In this document: piece after piece, positions 13,119 to 27,100 of the stretch
Position numbering within the stretch: position 1 is the first letter of the stretch
Layout: every line of letters starts with the position of its first letter
Source of the DNA: Balanoglossus misakiensis
Taxonomy: Eukaryota > Animalia > Hemichordata
Assembly (NCBI GenBank): GCA_040954595.2
Contig: CM082597.2
Span: 3,502,014 to 3,566,013 of the forward strand
Length of the DNA: 64,000 bases
Reading direction: 5' to 3'
The notes under the pieces: generated by a model
The model's input: the letters and a program-made list of their open reading frames with translations, nothing else
What the model was told of the DNA's origin: nothing
The model's database searches: none
Translations under genes and position numbers: made by a program

Positions 13119-16100
13119 TCATGACTCCGTTCGCTGTTTCTTTCGTACGAGCAGAATGACCAGGGAGAGCAACTGAAACCCGATGCAGAGTGCGATGAGC
13201 GCCACAAAGTCAACCACCAAGTTATTCTGCAAAGAGACAAGAAAAGCCATAATTTTAGAATCACTTTCGTAACCTCCATCCAAAACGGTGTACATCCCTT
13301 GTATTGCAATTTCCACGACAGGTGAACTCGACCTGTGTTACGTATGAACAAACTGACTAAAAGCTTATGACAAATGCGACCCAGCTTCACAAACTGAACT
13401 CTTCCCTTGCATTTGGGAAAGGAGTTCACAATACCCTGTTGTATATTAGTGTCGAGTTCAATGACTACAGAAACCTAAAATGCATATGATCAGCCGTATT
13501 CCATTCTCGTCTACATATTTCGGTCACGTGTGGTCTGTGTGTTGTATTTCAGCTCGATCACAGCGACCCACGAGAACTTCTCATTTTGTAACCAGGAGCA
13601 AATATCGCACGGTCCTATCGTCTCACTGCGTGAACACGCTTGGATCTGTGCGGTGTCGTGCAGCTCAACCCCTAATGACAAATTGATGAGAGAATGAAAC
13701 ACGGTCCAGTGCCCCAATCTTACCGCGTCCAGATGATATTGGCGAAAGAGTTGTTCACTCGTCTCAAGACACGGCATGCGGGAGTCGTTCCTGCAATTAC
13801 CTGTGAACACGCATGATTGGAAAAAAACTGAAAACTTAGAATACCCCAGCCCGTTTGTAATTGGAAATGTCGAACTGGAACGCAAATCACAGCATTGGAT
13901 CTCTTATCATGACTTCTCGTGACCAATTGATGATTTTCCGTTCACTGCAAGATCTGGCGAGACTTAGATTGTTCGGGGTTTCAATCAACATTTAACGTAG
14001 AAATCAGACGGAGGCATTCCCCGCTTACCAATGTGTTCTACTCCAGTCCACTGGTTGATGTTCAGGGCTTCAAATGCATATCTGAACCACGACAGGTACT
14101 GCAGCCATTGTATAAAGACAGGTATAGTACTGTAGATGTAAGAAATCAATCAATCAATCAATCACTCAATCGACCAGGCAATCAATCGATCGATCGATTA
14201 ATCAATCGGTCGACCGACCAGTCAGTCAGTCACCCAGTCAATCAATCAATCAATTAATCAAGTTATAATACGTTAACAAAATGTTTGATATTTTACTAGG
14301 ACAATCTAAACATAGATGTCACTGTTTTCGTCTCATCCGGTAATTTTTCCGTTCACTATTGTAGTGAGTCATGAAGTCACGGGTATCACATTTATCCGCG
14401 TCTTAAACGTCGGTGATCACCGCATATCAGCCATTCTAGGAATCTTTTCAAAGCGGTATCAAATAAACGGGTGGATTCCAGTCACCTAATGATTATGACA
14501 AACAGACTGACATACCCGATATTGATGAAATATCCACCGAGCGTGAGAATCGGCAGCACAAAGACAGCTAAGATTATTGCTTTAGCTGTTTGGCTCGGCG
14601 TAAGCACCGATAAAAGCAGACCTGGATGGAGAAAAACAAGGTAGTTAAACAGAGTGACCGTCTTGCGGGTGAAGATCTGATCGAACTCTCTCATTTGACG
14701 CAAATTGAATGAGGGCAGTGGTGTAAGCCATGTGTGCGTTTCCACTATCGGGATTCCTTTTGCGGCGTGCACGCCAATCAATCGTTTGCTCAGTCATTCA
14801 GATGCTGCTCAGATTGCGTTTGTCGGTTCCACGGCGCTGGCGATCGCCTCTAGTCACCGGTCTACCGGCGATTATCAGCCTAAACCGTCTTGTCAATTCC
14901 ACCTGTCAGCTTCTCCTGTCCAGGAGCCCCGTTTCGCGGCCAACTGGTCGGCTGACAGTGAAGTCTACAGGCAGGTTCCGTGTGCCTGTCAGCATAGCTC
15001 CACGCCGGACAGGTGATGGCCGATACTGTCTCTACTTGTAACGAGTCCATAATTTAAATTCAAACCAGCGGGCATTTGGAAGTAGCGAAGCCCCTAAAGT
15101 ACGTTTCAAGCGAATTCCAGAAATAAAATGTTTATTTCCTATTTGATTACAGCCTGGGTGACGCAACACGCATACTTACTCACCGGAATTAAGACTTTGA
15201 CGGTGGGATCTTTAGTTTTATATCAACACTAGAACTGAGGACATGTTATTTGATATATAGAAATGCAACAGAAATTTGACCACATTTTATCCATAACTCT
15301 GATCTGAAACCAATAGATCTCAGACTCGCAATGTCGTTTATTTGACCAGCATCCGGGTATCGTATTGTCAGAGTCAGGGGAATGGTATGCAGGTTACCGG
15401 TACCTTTTGGAAACTGGGCGGAAATGAAATGAGCATTTCGAATCTCACGTGATTACAAAGGAGACGCTGAGGGAAGACGCCACCACAAGTGGGCGCTTCC
15501 GCCAACATGGCGGGCCTTTGTAATTATTCAAAACCTGTTCCAGCCGATTACCACTTTCCCCCATGTCTTGTAATGTCATTCTAATCATGAATTTGATTGA
15601 TAATTAAATAAACGCGATTTGATTAAATACGCAACGTGGACAGAAGGTCACGAGAGACAAAGGAGGGCACACTCTAAATAGAACGTTGGCATTCTGGTCA
15701 GAGTTTCTGTATCACAGCCAAAATAGGAACTCCAACGCGGACAATACCTACTACACAACTTGAATCGATAATCATTGAAAAACATTCCCTCTCCACTCAC
15801 CGAATGAGCTTCCTGCGTTTGCCACCAAAATAATCACGCCAATAAATATTAAAAATCTCAGTCCTTCCGGATTAAGTCCTGTGGAGTGGGAAAACCGAAA
15901 ACAATATTAAGCAGGCGACAACCCAAAAATAGCGAATGGTCATGAAACCTCTAGTATCTATGTAATTTTTCGGATTTATCTCGATTAAAACTAAAAACAC
16001 TGCATGATGTCCAATTGAATTCGGTTTCCTAATCTAATACACACGAATCGGAAACACGAGAGAGTTCAAACAAATTTATCAAATATCTCCGCTTCTTCTC

Positions 16101-19100
16101 TCAAGTGGGCACTAAGGAGACGCCATGTGCCAGCGAGCAGGCGGAAGTTTTGAGATATAATCTTTCTTTTTTATCCTCCTATCCTATTATACTTTTTTGT
16201 CCAGACGTGCCCAGATACATCAAAATTATTATACTCAATGGGCCAATGCACCGTAATTCTCTTTTAGAACAAGACTGCGTGACCTGCATGCAAATTCATT
16301 TGAAATACCAATTTTTGTCATGCACACGCAAAATAAACTTAATTTTTACAAAACTCTGAAGTTCAACTAATTGGTGCTAGTTGACCTTAGTGTGTTGTAA
16401 AACTCTAGTTTTGCATTGCAGATCAGCACGGCTACACTACAATTTGTCATGTACACAGACATTTTGAAATACAATTATAGATAGATATTGAAACTTAAAA
16501 ATGACATTTTCGTCTTATTTGACACCGATCGATTTGCTTTGAGTAACCCATTTCCTTAACCACCCTAATACTGTCATTTTCAATCTTCTCTTGTTGTATT
16601 GAAATTTTAATGTCTTTGCTTCTGTTCTTTCGGCTTGCTTCTCCTTCTAAGGATTTAATCTGCTCTGAAAGTTTCATGTATTTTATTTGTCTTATATATT
16701 TTCTGCGTTTACAGCCAGATGCTATCCTAATGTATTATTTATTTCAATGTAATTTCACATTATTCCGCTAGTGGGGAAAACCGGTCGTTTCGCTACAAAA
16801 GAAATAACACCCTGCAACTTTAAATCAAACCCTTTCATTTATTCTCCATCTGCAAATACACAATGGTTGCCGGTATTTCAAGTAATATAACCTAACCTTT
16901 TCAGGTAAATGCCGTAAACTCTACAGCTTTATAGTCTCTTAGCAGTGAGATTGTATAAAGATTATAGGAATCTTATAAATAAAGTATGGACTCACCAGCC
17001 AGCCAATACACGACGGAGCTGCTCAATATAGGATATACAATAGATCCTGGCACCTTTTAATATGTATGAAATATTAATGTTAATTATGAATACATGAAAT
17101 GATTTATTGATTCGAGAAGGAAAGGTCACTTAACCCTATTTTGTTCTAGCGTAAGACCTGAGTAAATGAATGAGTGAGTGAGTGAACGAACGAAGGAATG
17201 AAAAAAATGATTGAATGAATGAATGCATGAATCGTAGCGACTGGCTCATGTACGAGTAACGTCGAATGAATTTCATAAACGAAGGAAGCACGAGAAAGAA
17301 CTGGTTGGTTGCCAATGGTAACTGTCAAGTGTTAGCAGTATGATGAGAAAGACCATTTACCTCAATGAGGTACCTGGCGATCAGGTACGTGTCGACCCCA
17401 TACAGACCGATTTTACATTCACTCCTGGCCAATGGCAGTTCATATTGTAGATGCTGGTGGGACAAACAATACAAACAAATTAGATTAAATGTGGGACAAA
17501 CAATACAAACAAGTTAGGACAAACAATACAAAAAAATTATATTACATGGTATATGTTAGAACACCAAATGTTCAAACAGGCATTACTTTGATGGACGAGT
17601 ACAAGGTGTCGCAACTTTGAAAGACAATGAATATGAAGAACAGCGCCACCACACCCTGGATTCCAGTCTGGGTGTGTGAAATCTTGAAGTAGGTTGCTCC
17701 TATCAGAATCGATATTACCTTTAAAGTGGAAAAGCCAAAAGGAAAATATGTTAGCTGTTTCATCTTGGAGCCTATAAGAGGGTGGTAAGCTTACCATCTG
17801 TCTAGTCTGACGTATATTATGCAATATATCATATTTCTACGATGTTCTAGCTGATAAATCGGATATTCTGAGAATGACTATTGGATATAGTGCAGAATAA
17901 ACTTATGTTTTGCTAGTAATAGTACATGATGAACACGATCCCTTGAACAAGATCCCTCAAATTTCGCAGTTAGTTAGAAAATAAATTCACTACGCAGATC
18001 ATGCTTATTTAAAACGATTAAATTCACTGCTGCAATGTATGCCTGCCTAACATGATGTGAAATTCGTTATGTGCCACCTATGTCCACGTGCTGAAACGGC
18101 TGGTGTGTGATATGATTGTGAAAACGCTTGTTTTGATTACAAGACAAATAGCGTAAATCTGTTGATTACCATAATGTGGAGAAAGTGGAGTTGAAACAAC
18201 CAGAGTCTCCTGCGAATGATGATGGAGTGGCGCCAGAGCAGCGTCGTCAACTGGATGCACCAGTCTGTAGTGTATCTTCAGGAGTAAAGGTAGAGGGCGG
18301 TGTTAGTCAAAACCGTGTAACGGACAAACTAAACAAGAGAGCCAGGTCATACTGAACCAGGTGTACACAACATTGGCTGGTACACTGACTGATGAAATAT
18401 TATCGTAAATTCAGCAAGCAAAGATTGAAACTTACATTTTCTTCTTCTTTTTGTTAATTCGTTCCTAAAAGCAATGACAAAATTAAGAGGTAAATCACGC
18501 CAAAGCAAAGGTTTTACAAGCAAACATTTTCATTGTAGGTCAAATGGTTTATGAACAAGTTTGCCGAAATAATTCCCTTGTTCAACGTCTAGTCTCAACC
18601 AAGACCTGCACACTTCCTACTTACTGAAATCATTACCGCCTCGCTAAAAGCGTAGAAAATAAAAGTCACCACGTGTTGTGATACTGCAAAAAGTTGACGC
18701 TGACCGGAAGTGTTATACCAGGGACGCTCCCAGGCTTCTGGCATGCGCTATGACCTTTAACCTTACCAACAGCCAATCAAGAGGCAACTCACCCGTACAC
18801 TGGAACTTCGTCTAACACGAGCTTTGAAAGTCTCGTCTTGTCGCTGTTCATATGCCCTCCATCCGAAATGTGAGTTGTCAAAACTGTTACACAGTGTCTG
18901 CAAGATACGGCGTAAAAGTAACGTAAGCCTTGACCATCTAAATTCGAAATTTCCGCCATGTTGACATTGACAACACATCTAAGAGAAACAGGTCAGTCGA
19001 TTGGCCGGCTATACGTGTCGCACTTGGACGATAAAGCGCCCCAGAAGTATCATGGGCACGACGATATCTTCACATATATCAAGTTTTCAGGCAAGCTGTT

Positions 19101-19415
19101 ACAAGCTATGGAAGGTGTTGCCTCAAAAACTTCATAAGTATAATAGAGTGTCCCTGAATAGACCCTACCTCGATACGTTCTCTGCAGTGCACCGGTGCAT
19201 TTGGTGTCACTTGTAATATCGACCGAAAATAATCGGCTGGGCAGTAATATGGCGGACACACATGTCCAGCCAGACTGAAGAAGTCAACGGCGGACTGTCT
19301 GGCGCCAAAGTACACACAGCGTCCTTCAGCCAGAAGCATTACACTACGGACGAAAATATTGAATTGTTAACTCACTTAATCAGAAAATTACGACTCTCTC
19401 AAGAAAACATCAAAC

Positions 19416-19448
<33 letters not shown>

Positions 19449-22400
19449 TGTATGTATGTATGTATGTATGTATGTATATGTGTGTTTGAAAGTTCGCTAT
19501 CCAATATCATTCAATAGATACTCGACCCAGACATATCACGTAACAGAAGTACATGCAACCTCACCTGTCAAACAATTCGTACAACTGCGAGGGCGCCGTT
19601 TCGAATGAACACACCACAGTGTGACCTATACTTGCTAAGTCCTTTAATTCTTGAACTACGTTAAACGCCATCACTGGATCCAAATCCTTTGTAGGCTCAT
19701 CGTGAAATAATGCTGGTGGGTTTGTAAGTAGCTGAAAAAGCAGAGGTATGATGATTTAAATAAGAGAAAAAAAATCAAGAACTTATCCGGTGGGAAAACA
19801 GTAATGAGATAAGTTTCACAGATCCTATATATAAAACAATTACAAATAATGCTTGAAGGACTATGTCAACAAATCAAAGACAGAAATTATACTCGCTTCA
19901 TTCTATTCGACCGGACGGTGTAATCAGACAAAACCTGAATCATTTCTACCGCCCTCAGTGTCATACAATGTACTTGAAACCGGGGTGGGTATAACCACTG
20001 ACCTCTGTCGCAATTGCCAACCTTTTCCTGATTTCCATGGATATACCATCTGCAGGTGAATATCCGATCAGATGGTCTGAAACTTCAGTCAGTTCACTCT
20101 GGAAAGAGACCGAAAAACAAGACCTGAGATTGTCACCGTCGCTTACAAAGAGTTGGACCAAACCATGCAAAATGATGAACTGATCATAGGGGAGAAATAC
20201 TTAGTAGTCGCTCGTTACCTCAATTAACATGTTGTGAACTTTCTTCGACTTCTCTCTGTCAGAGACATCACTCTTCATCCGCAGATAGGCCTGGAAAATT
20301 ATCACAGGCAAACTAACACTGAGTATTTTGTATATAATCCTATTATACGCATGTAAACACCTTCAGAAAGCCAAAAGCCATTCAAGAGACAGTAGTGTAT
20401 AATATTTTTTGACACAGGCTGTGTAAAAGATTTTGCTAAATTGATGTAACCTTTCTCATTGTCTGTTCAAATTCCTTAACTTCGGAACAGTAAGGAGGGC
20501 GACATGAATTTTAACATTCAGTAGTATTTTAATATAATGTACACGTATAGACGAGTATGTGTTGTGTCCTGGAACTTAGCAAGAGTAAAAGAAAGTACGG
20601 GTCCTATTTCTTTAATGATGGATACACACTACCAGCCTCTATGAATATATACTGTCTTCACAAATGCCCTTCTACACCTATCTCTTAATACCAGTACATG
20701 TTCCATAGTACCTCACCACACGTCTGAAGTAACCCCAGTACGTGTTTCACGTCACACCTTACACGGGGGTCAATACAATTGACATCAAGGGGTCCTGACC
20801 TCACCTGGATTTGTAAATGCTCCCTGACAGTAAGCGAGGGCAGAAATAAATCTTTCTCTTGAATGTAAGCCATGAGACTGGCTACTGAGGTGTCGGCTGG
20901 TTCTCCGTTCACCATTCTGTTCCCTTCGATGAAGATGGTGCTCGACGTCCGAAAGCTGAGGGTTTTTAGCAGTGTTGTTTTGCCACTGCCCCTGGTGGAA
21001 ACATCAGTGACATACTGTTAACAACTTAGAGTTGTTTATCTAAGTTTATATGCAGTGAGTTATCTGTGACGACATAAACGTCACATTTTCTCGTACTATG
21101 TATCATCATATCTCGTATTAAATACCATAAACATACCAAACTAATAGAGAATTTGCCATTCTACCGACAGAAATAGTCCTTTGGCAAGATTATAACTGTT
21201 ACCATGGTGACAGCATTCGTTTTTGACGCATAGGATTCCACCTAACAGATTATCTAAACTTTGCAAATGCAACGTTCCTTGTTGAGTTATAGCTGACAGA
21301 CACACTGGTTAGAAAATACCATTCAACAGAACAATTCCAGTTGACCTGAGTTCCCAAGGTCACTGTCCCGCGGCGAGGTGTAGTGTTGTTGACACAAAGC
21401 AACATGGCGGCCAATTTATTATTAAGGTCAAGAGGTAGACTGCAATTACTGTCGACGTCTGTGATTTGCGTCTGCCTAACATGTTTACCAGTGAGAAGCA
21501 AGCATTCTAAAGGCTCTCTATGATACATTCCTTGCTCAAAATAGCACGTCATTCTGATTGTGCACAGACGACGCTATGTGCGCAGTCTCGTAAATTCAGT
21601 TATAAATATATGCTGTGAACTTTGTCCCAGAATTGGATCACTGACTGACTTAAACGGGTCAGTACGCGATTTCAGACATAAAATCTCCAACATAAGTGCT
21701 TGTCAATTTGACTATAATTTATGGTTATACCAGACAGCCGTATTTGAGCGTGGATGCGGTATGAATATTATGGTGTAACACACGCAGGCCTATGAAGTCG
21801 CAAACTCCACGTGTATGGCGCTTCTCAGCACGTGTTCCCGCGCATCTGTTTTTACGCAGAAATTAAGGGGCAATGACGTCACGTCTCCGTTTTTGCTTTC
21901 CCTCGTCCATTTGTGTATGCATTAAAGGGACAGTCCTGTGTTGAAAAAAAAAATAACCCACAGCATAGGATCCCTGTTTTCCGAATCAAATAATACAATG
22001 ACAGATCACACCGGCCAGTCATAGAGATCTAAACAGAAAGATTCAGGTATTTCAACGCTATTTCCCGTTTTGATATTGCGAATAGTGTTTTATAAACTTA
22101 CCTCGCACCAATTATCGCAAGTAAGTTTCCTGGTTTAGCGTAGCCATTCACTGGATATAGATAGAGTGATAAAGAAAAAAAGTTCATGGATACACGATCA
22201 CCGGTCTGCATAAGTATAACTAGGGTTGGCTTGAGGCCAGCGCTATTCATTGAAAAGTGGAATATAAATTATACCGCACAGTCATTGAAAACATGTGTAA
22301 AACCAGGGCTTAGTGAACTCAGAATATTGACGGTTGAATCTAATTATAAATGGCGGTCAAGGTTGACTGATGCGCTGTTATAAGTAGGAAAAGGCATATT

Positions 22401-22807
22401 TTTCGTCGTTTCTTACCCCCACGAAGCAACTGCGACTCTTTGACAACCTTGGGCCGGCAGCGCTTGAAGAAAGACTCGACCAGCGTTCGCGAGGTCACTC
22501 GCACGTTGGTCCACGTCAGAGACACCGTCCTGTCGCTGTAAACCGTGGACGGGCTCGGGGCGCGGAGTCGGAAACAGTCGCCGTTAGTGAAGGCTGTTTC
22601 CGACTCGGTGAACCCGTAGCTGTCGGAGACATCGCCGAGAAGGTCGAAGTCTTCGCTGGTGCCGCTGTCCTCTAGAGTGCTCCCGCTGGGGTTGGCGTTG
22701 AGGAGACTGCTGAAGCTTTGATACGAGCTTCGAAACTGAGGTCGTGACGACCGTTGCTGCTGGGCCAAGGAGTGTTCACCCTCTCTGTCCAGGTCGCGTA
22801 GCTCCAT
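13119..22807 (-). CDS. White-family ABCG half-transporter, paralog A (709 aa, 18 exons) with degenerate NBD motifs
   Basis: Exons (plus coords): 22417-22807, 22102-22150, 20805-20991, 20219-20290, 20003-20098, 19565-19731, 19169-19343, 18793-18897, 18436-18464, 18170-18275, 17587-17718, 17361-17453, 16996-17053, 15801-15878, 14516-14621, 14029-14129, 13724-13800, 13119-13226. Total 2130 nt, all GT-AG, open frame. Walker A GARGSGKT, Q-loop AYIQEKDLFLPSLTVREHL, Walker B ALFHDEPT, NBD-then-TMD order, white-type WLQYLSWFRYAFEALNINQW. Confidence 0.93.
14144..14260. repeat. (AATC)/(GATC)/(AGTC)n compound microsatellite (intronic)
   Basis: Direct tetranucleotide runs. Confidence 0.85.
19419..19476. 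repeat. (TATG)n microsatellite (intronic)
   Basis: About 14 units; explains the MYVC-repeat ORFs. Confidence 0.95.
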
Positions 22808-23215
22808 GCTTGCACGATATATCAAGCATGTTTAAGTTCCACGCGCAGCGGAAAAAAAACAACAACGCTAAAATACTACCCTATCTGACAACCAATATAT
22901 GACGCTCACAAAGCCGTATATTCGAGAAAGCGACAAGCGTACGCACACGTTAAGTGCATTAAATATTCCCCGACCTTAGTGGAAAGACGGGAAAATATTA
23001 TAGTTTCTCATCCGTCACTAGAGTCTATTCACAAACGTGCGTAATTGAAACCGTTGCCATGGGCACCGACTCTCACAACGGAGCTTAAGCCTGCGTGATT
23101 AATTCAAAGCGCACCAAAATGTACAATATTGCGTGTGGTCGTCGTTGCTATGACCATGCGACGCGCGCGTCTCCACCTGCTGTTGGTTACATACGCAGTC
23201 TCTGTACCCGCCTTG

Positions 23216-23253
<38 letters not shown>

Positions 23254-23262
23254 CAGACAGAC
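23216..23262. repeat. (GA)n/(AGAC)n microsatellite between the ABCG genes
   Basis: Direct runs. Confidence 0.85.
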
Positions 23263-24138
23263 ATAGGATGAGGAGGAGGATACGTCATGAAGCGGCAGCT
23301 GGCGTCCACTGCGCGATTACTAGCATTTTTCTTAAAGCTTGCCTGATGCGAAACAACAGGTTTTTGAACGCTTTCCAGCACAATGACCTCGTAACCACTG
23401 TGTGACTTTCTCTTTTGTGTGAGGGTACGCTAAATCACGTGACACACTTATAGCAGGCTCGCTTGTCGCAATATATAGGTCATGAAGTGGGATGTGCTCC
23501 AATTACCGACATTGCTCGCTCAAGTTCAAGAGTTCAACTTAGTTTTTGGCCTAGCAATCAAATGAAGGGACTGTTCTTCTGTATGTCTATGCATGTACAA
23601 TTTCAAGGCATGAGTTCAAATCCGACATGATTTCTGAGAGGTAAAATATGACAAACATGCATGCCTTGCGTCCTGTGCAACCGTAAGTGGTATACGGGGT
23701 CATTTGGGCGCCATGTTGTACAATTCGACCCGGGGTGACTCCTAACCTTAATACACAACAACTAGATAATCGCCAGCCGCACCAGGGCCGCTTAAAATAT
23801 CGTCACATGGCAACGTCACAATGGTGATGAAATGCAGATATCACATAAGGAAGCTAGTTTACTGCTTGCCGTGATCCAAGTACTCACACTAGGTGCGTAT
23901 ATGTACATAGTGGCATCCAGTGCATTCGTAGTCATTAGGGATTCCAATATAGGCATATATACGAGGGCTCACTTGAATCATTACAAAATTTATTATAATT
24001 AAACTGTATGCATACAAGTTGCATTCTGAAAGAATATACCGCTGTGCGTTGAATTATGAAGTGCAAAACTCGCGGCCTATTTTATATTGAACGATATTTC
24101 CAAACCAATGGATTGTCTAAGTGCAAGGTGGGTCCCTC

Positions 24139-27100
24139 TTAGAAGTTTTTCCGATGGCCTAATTTAAGGTATGTTCGGCCCAGCAGAAGGAAATAAGCGA
24201 TTAACTGGAATCCAACGGCAAGAAGAACCAGTACGGAAACATTTCGCGGGAAGCACTCCTGAAAATAAAATGAATGATTTTAACAACGTTTTGAAGACTG
24301 GCTTGATTCACAGCAATGTATACTAGTACTATTAGAAATAATTGTACATACAGGCGGAAAATACTTATGCATAATCACCTTATGCAAATTAGAAAAAATA
24401 TCCCCCATATTGGGGAACAGAGACCAACAGACACTTTATGAGAAAAACATTATTCTACATTCAAATTTGACTAGTCCACTGAGAATGGCATTCTCTACTG
24501 CACGTAAGGTATTTTGCATACGTACTGGGTCAAAGTTGTATTTGTCCAAGACAGCATCACCATCAGCGATACAACCAGCTTCCGTTGTATTGAAATCGTC
24601 CTCACATTCTGCACACACCATAGGAATAAATTTTACACATTAGCCTGTGCACAACATAGAAGCCTCTGTTCGTTTGCATACAAGTCATCCCACAACTACC
24701 AAGCCACGCAAGATCTCGCAGGGTCTCATGGAATTTGGAAAGTGGTCTATTAGTTTGACGCCTTAATGCTTTATATACACAGTGTATCTTACCGATGCCA
24801 CCGTATTCGTACCACTGGTTGACTGACAGAGCTTCGTAGCCGTACCTCGTGAACGAGATGTACGCAAGCCAACTGAGGTAGTCAGGGATTGTTCTATGCA
24901 TTAAAACAAAATGAACAAAATACTGCAGTAAGCACCGTGTACACAAGTGAAACACAAGACTACCAATGATTCATGACATGGACATATTAAATTTCGATCA
25001 ATGTCAATACAGAAAGTTTTGATAGACTCAATACAACAACATACTATGTAAACGAATCACAGTGCTTGTTAATAAATGATAAATATAAATATTCGTAGTA
25101 TCAAGCCCACCATATTACAAATATACAGTCGACGTTCGATAAAAATTCGTTGCTGAGATTTATACAAATTAGATGCAGATTAGATTTATTCATACAAGGT
25201 CTAGATGGAATAATTCTTTATCTAATCAATACACGATTTAATGTTAAAACAACCTTTAAACCTGACAACCCCCTATCACATGACTTTAAGTAATATTTCG
25301 AGCCTTCTAGTAGATCAATGCAGATCACGAAAAATTGACATCATGATACTCACTCGACGTTGATGTAAAATCCGGCAAATATATCTATGGGTATTATTAT
25401 GAATGCACCAATGGCCAGAGCAATACCGTCGCTTGTGCTTGCAGTGGATATTGTAAAACCTGTGGTGAAATGAATGTTAGTATTTCATTGTATTTTCCCC
25501 AATAGCAGAAGTGCCAAAGAGTAGACACTAACAGACAAGGTGAGAGTCTAGTAAAATGATAAAGCAAGAAAACAAAAGGAAGACTGGTATGCTTTTAGTG
25601 GCCTATACAGAACGAATGAACAGTATATGGTTGAACTAACCTAAGGCAGAGGCAGCTAGTCCTATAATGAACAGCAGAAACAGGTACAAGAAGAACCTTT
25701 CTATGTCCGGGTTAAGTCCTTTGGTGGAAACAAAGAACAAACACTATTTCGTCAATATAACAATTGTCAATGAGTCGAACAAGAAATTACATTTGTACAT
25801 AGAATAGAATATGATGCATTACATATGATTTAGAGATGATCATGATGAGAGCAATGTTTACCTGTCATCCAATAGGAGATACTTCCTGCGAAAATTGCAA
25901 CAATAAGGCAAATTGGAATCTGAAAAGTATAAATATTGAATATTGAGACAATACAGATACACTATTGAAAGATGTCTGAAGATAACAGAAGAATAAATGT
26001 TAGTTATGTCACACAATTGATGATGTGTAAGTTTTGCTTTATATAATTAAAACCCCATTCTGTTTTCGCTTGGAGGTATCACCATGGTTTCGACACCCCA
26101 AACTTACCTCGGTAAGACTTTTTGCTAAGAAGTAAGTGTCTGTCCTGTACATCCCATTGAAGTGTTCTCTAAAGAATAGCACAGCTTCAGGCTGAATGCT
26201 CTGAAATGTATTATAATGAAACAATGCTTATTGTCAAATAACAAACAATCATGATGTCCAGTAAACCAAGAAAAACATGGTATATGTTATTAATGGGGAT
26301 CCACATTATGCACAAACGGTACTGATCAAAAAGAAAGTTCATCATGGCATATCCATCGGGCAGATATACTGGAAGAAATATATTTGATACCCTTATCGTC
26401 TGCCAGTAGGAATCCTGTCCAACCATATACAACATGAGAAACAACATTCCTTGGATACTTCTAACACCAGACTGTGAGTATGGGATTTGAAAATATGCCA
26501 GACCAATCAATACTGACATCACCTAATAACAAAGAAGATCACTTATGTTATGATTAAGTTAAAACTCTGAAGGAAGGGCAAGTATGCAAGTCAGTAATTG
26601 AGTGAAAGATTAACTGACTGACATGTACACTTAGTCAAGATGTATGTATGTATGTATGTATGTATGTATGTATGTATGTATGTATGTATGTATGTATGTA
26701 TTTATGTATGTATGTATGTATGTATGTATGTGAATATACTGATAATAAAATACCTTTTCTCGATTCTGACGAAGGTATTTAACGTGTTAAAATGCATTTG
26801 GATGTCTGGTTTAAAACTTTAAGTTACCAATGCAAAGAGGAGTCGAATTTTCATCACAGCTCTGTCTCTAAGCGTCCTTAGTGATGATCTCCACAGCAGT
26901 GTCCTAAACTGTGTCAGCCAAGTGTTCTTGTATCTGTGAAGACAACACCATGTCCACTTGAACACATTTGTACCAAATCAAAATATATGCCTAATGACAA
27001 CTACAATTACGACAAAAAGAATAGCAACAACTAATCATACTTCCAACACCTCAAGAACCACTACATTGTACATATAACCTTACATGTTGCCATGGTCTAC

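Noticed and set aside
14705-15041. Two overlapping ~100-aa ORFs in a GC-richer intronic patch
   Set aside because: No recognisable motif; lies antisense within an ABCG-A intron and is probably a repeat remnant.
18670-18683. 14-nt AG/GT-bounded candidate micro-exon in ABCG-A
   Set aside because: Creates TGA on joining exon 10; the 29-nt exon 18436-18464 matches the paralog instead.
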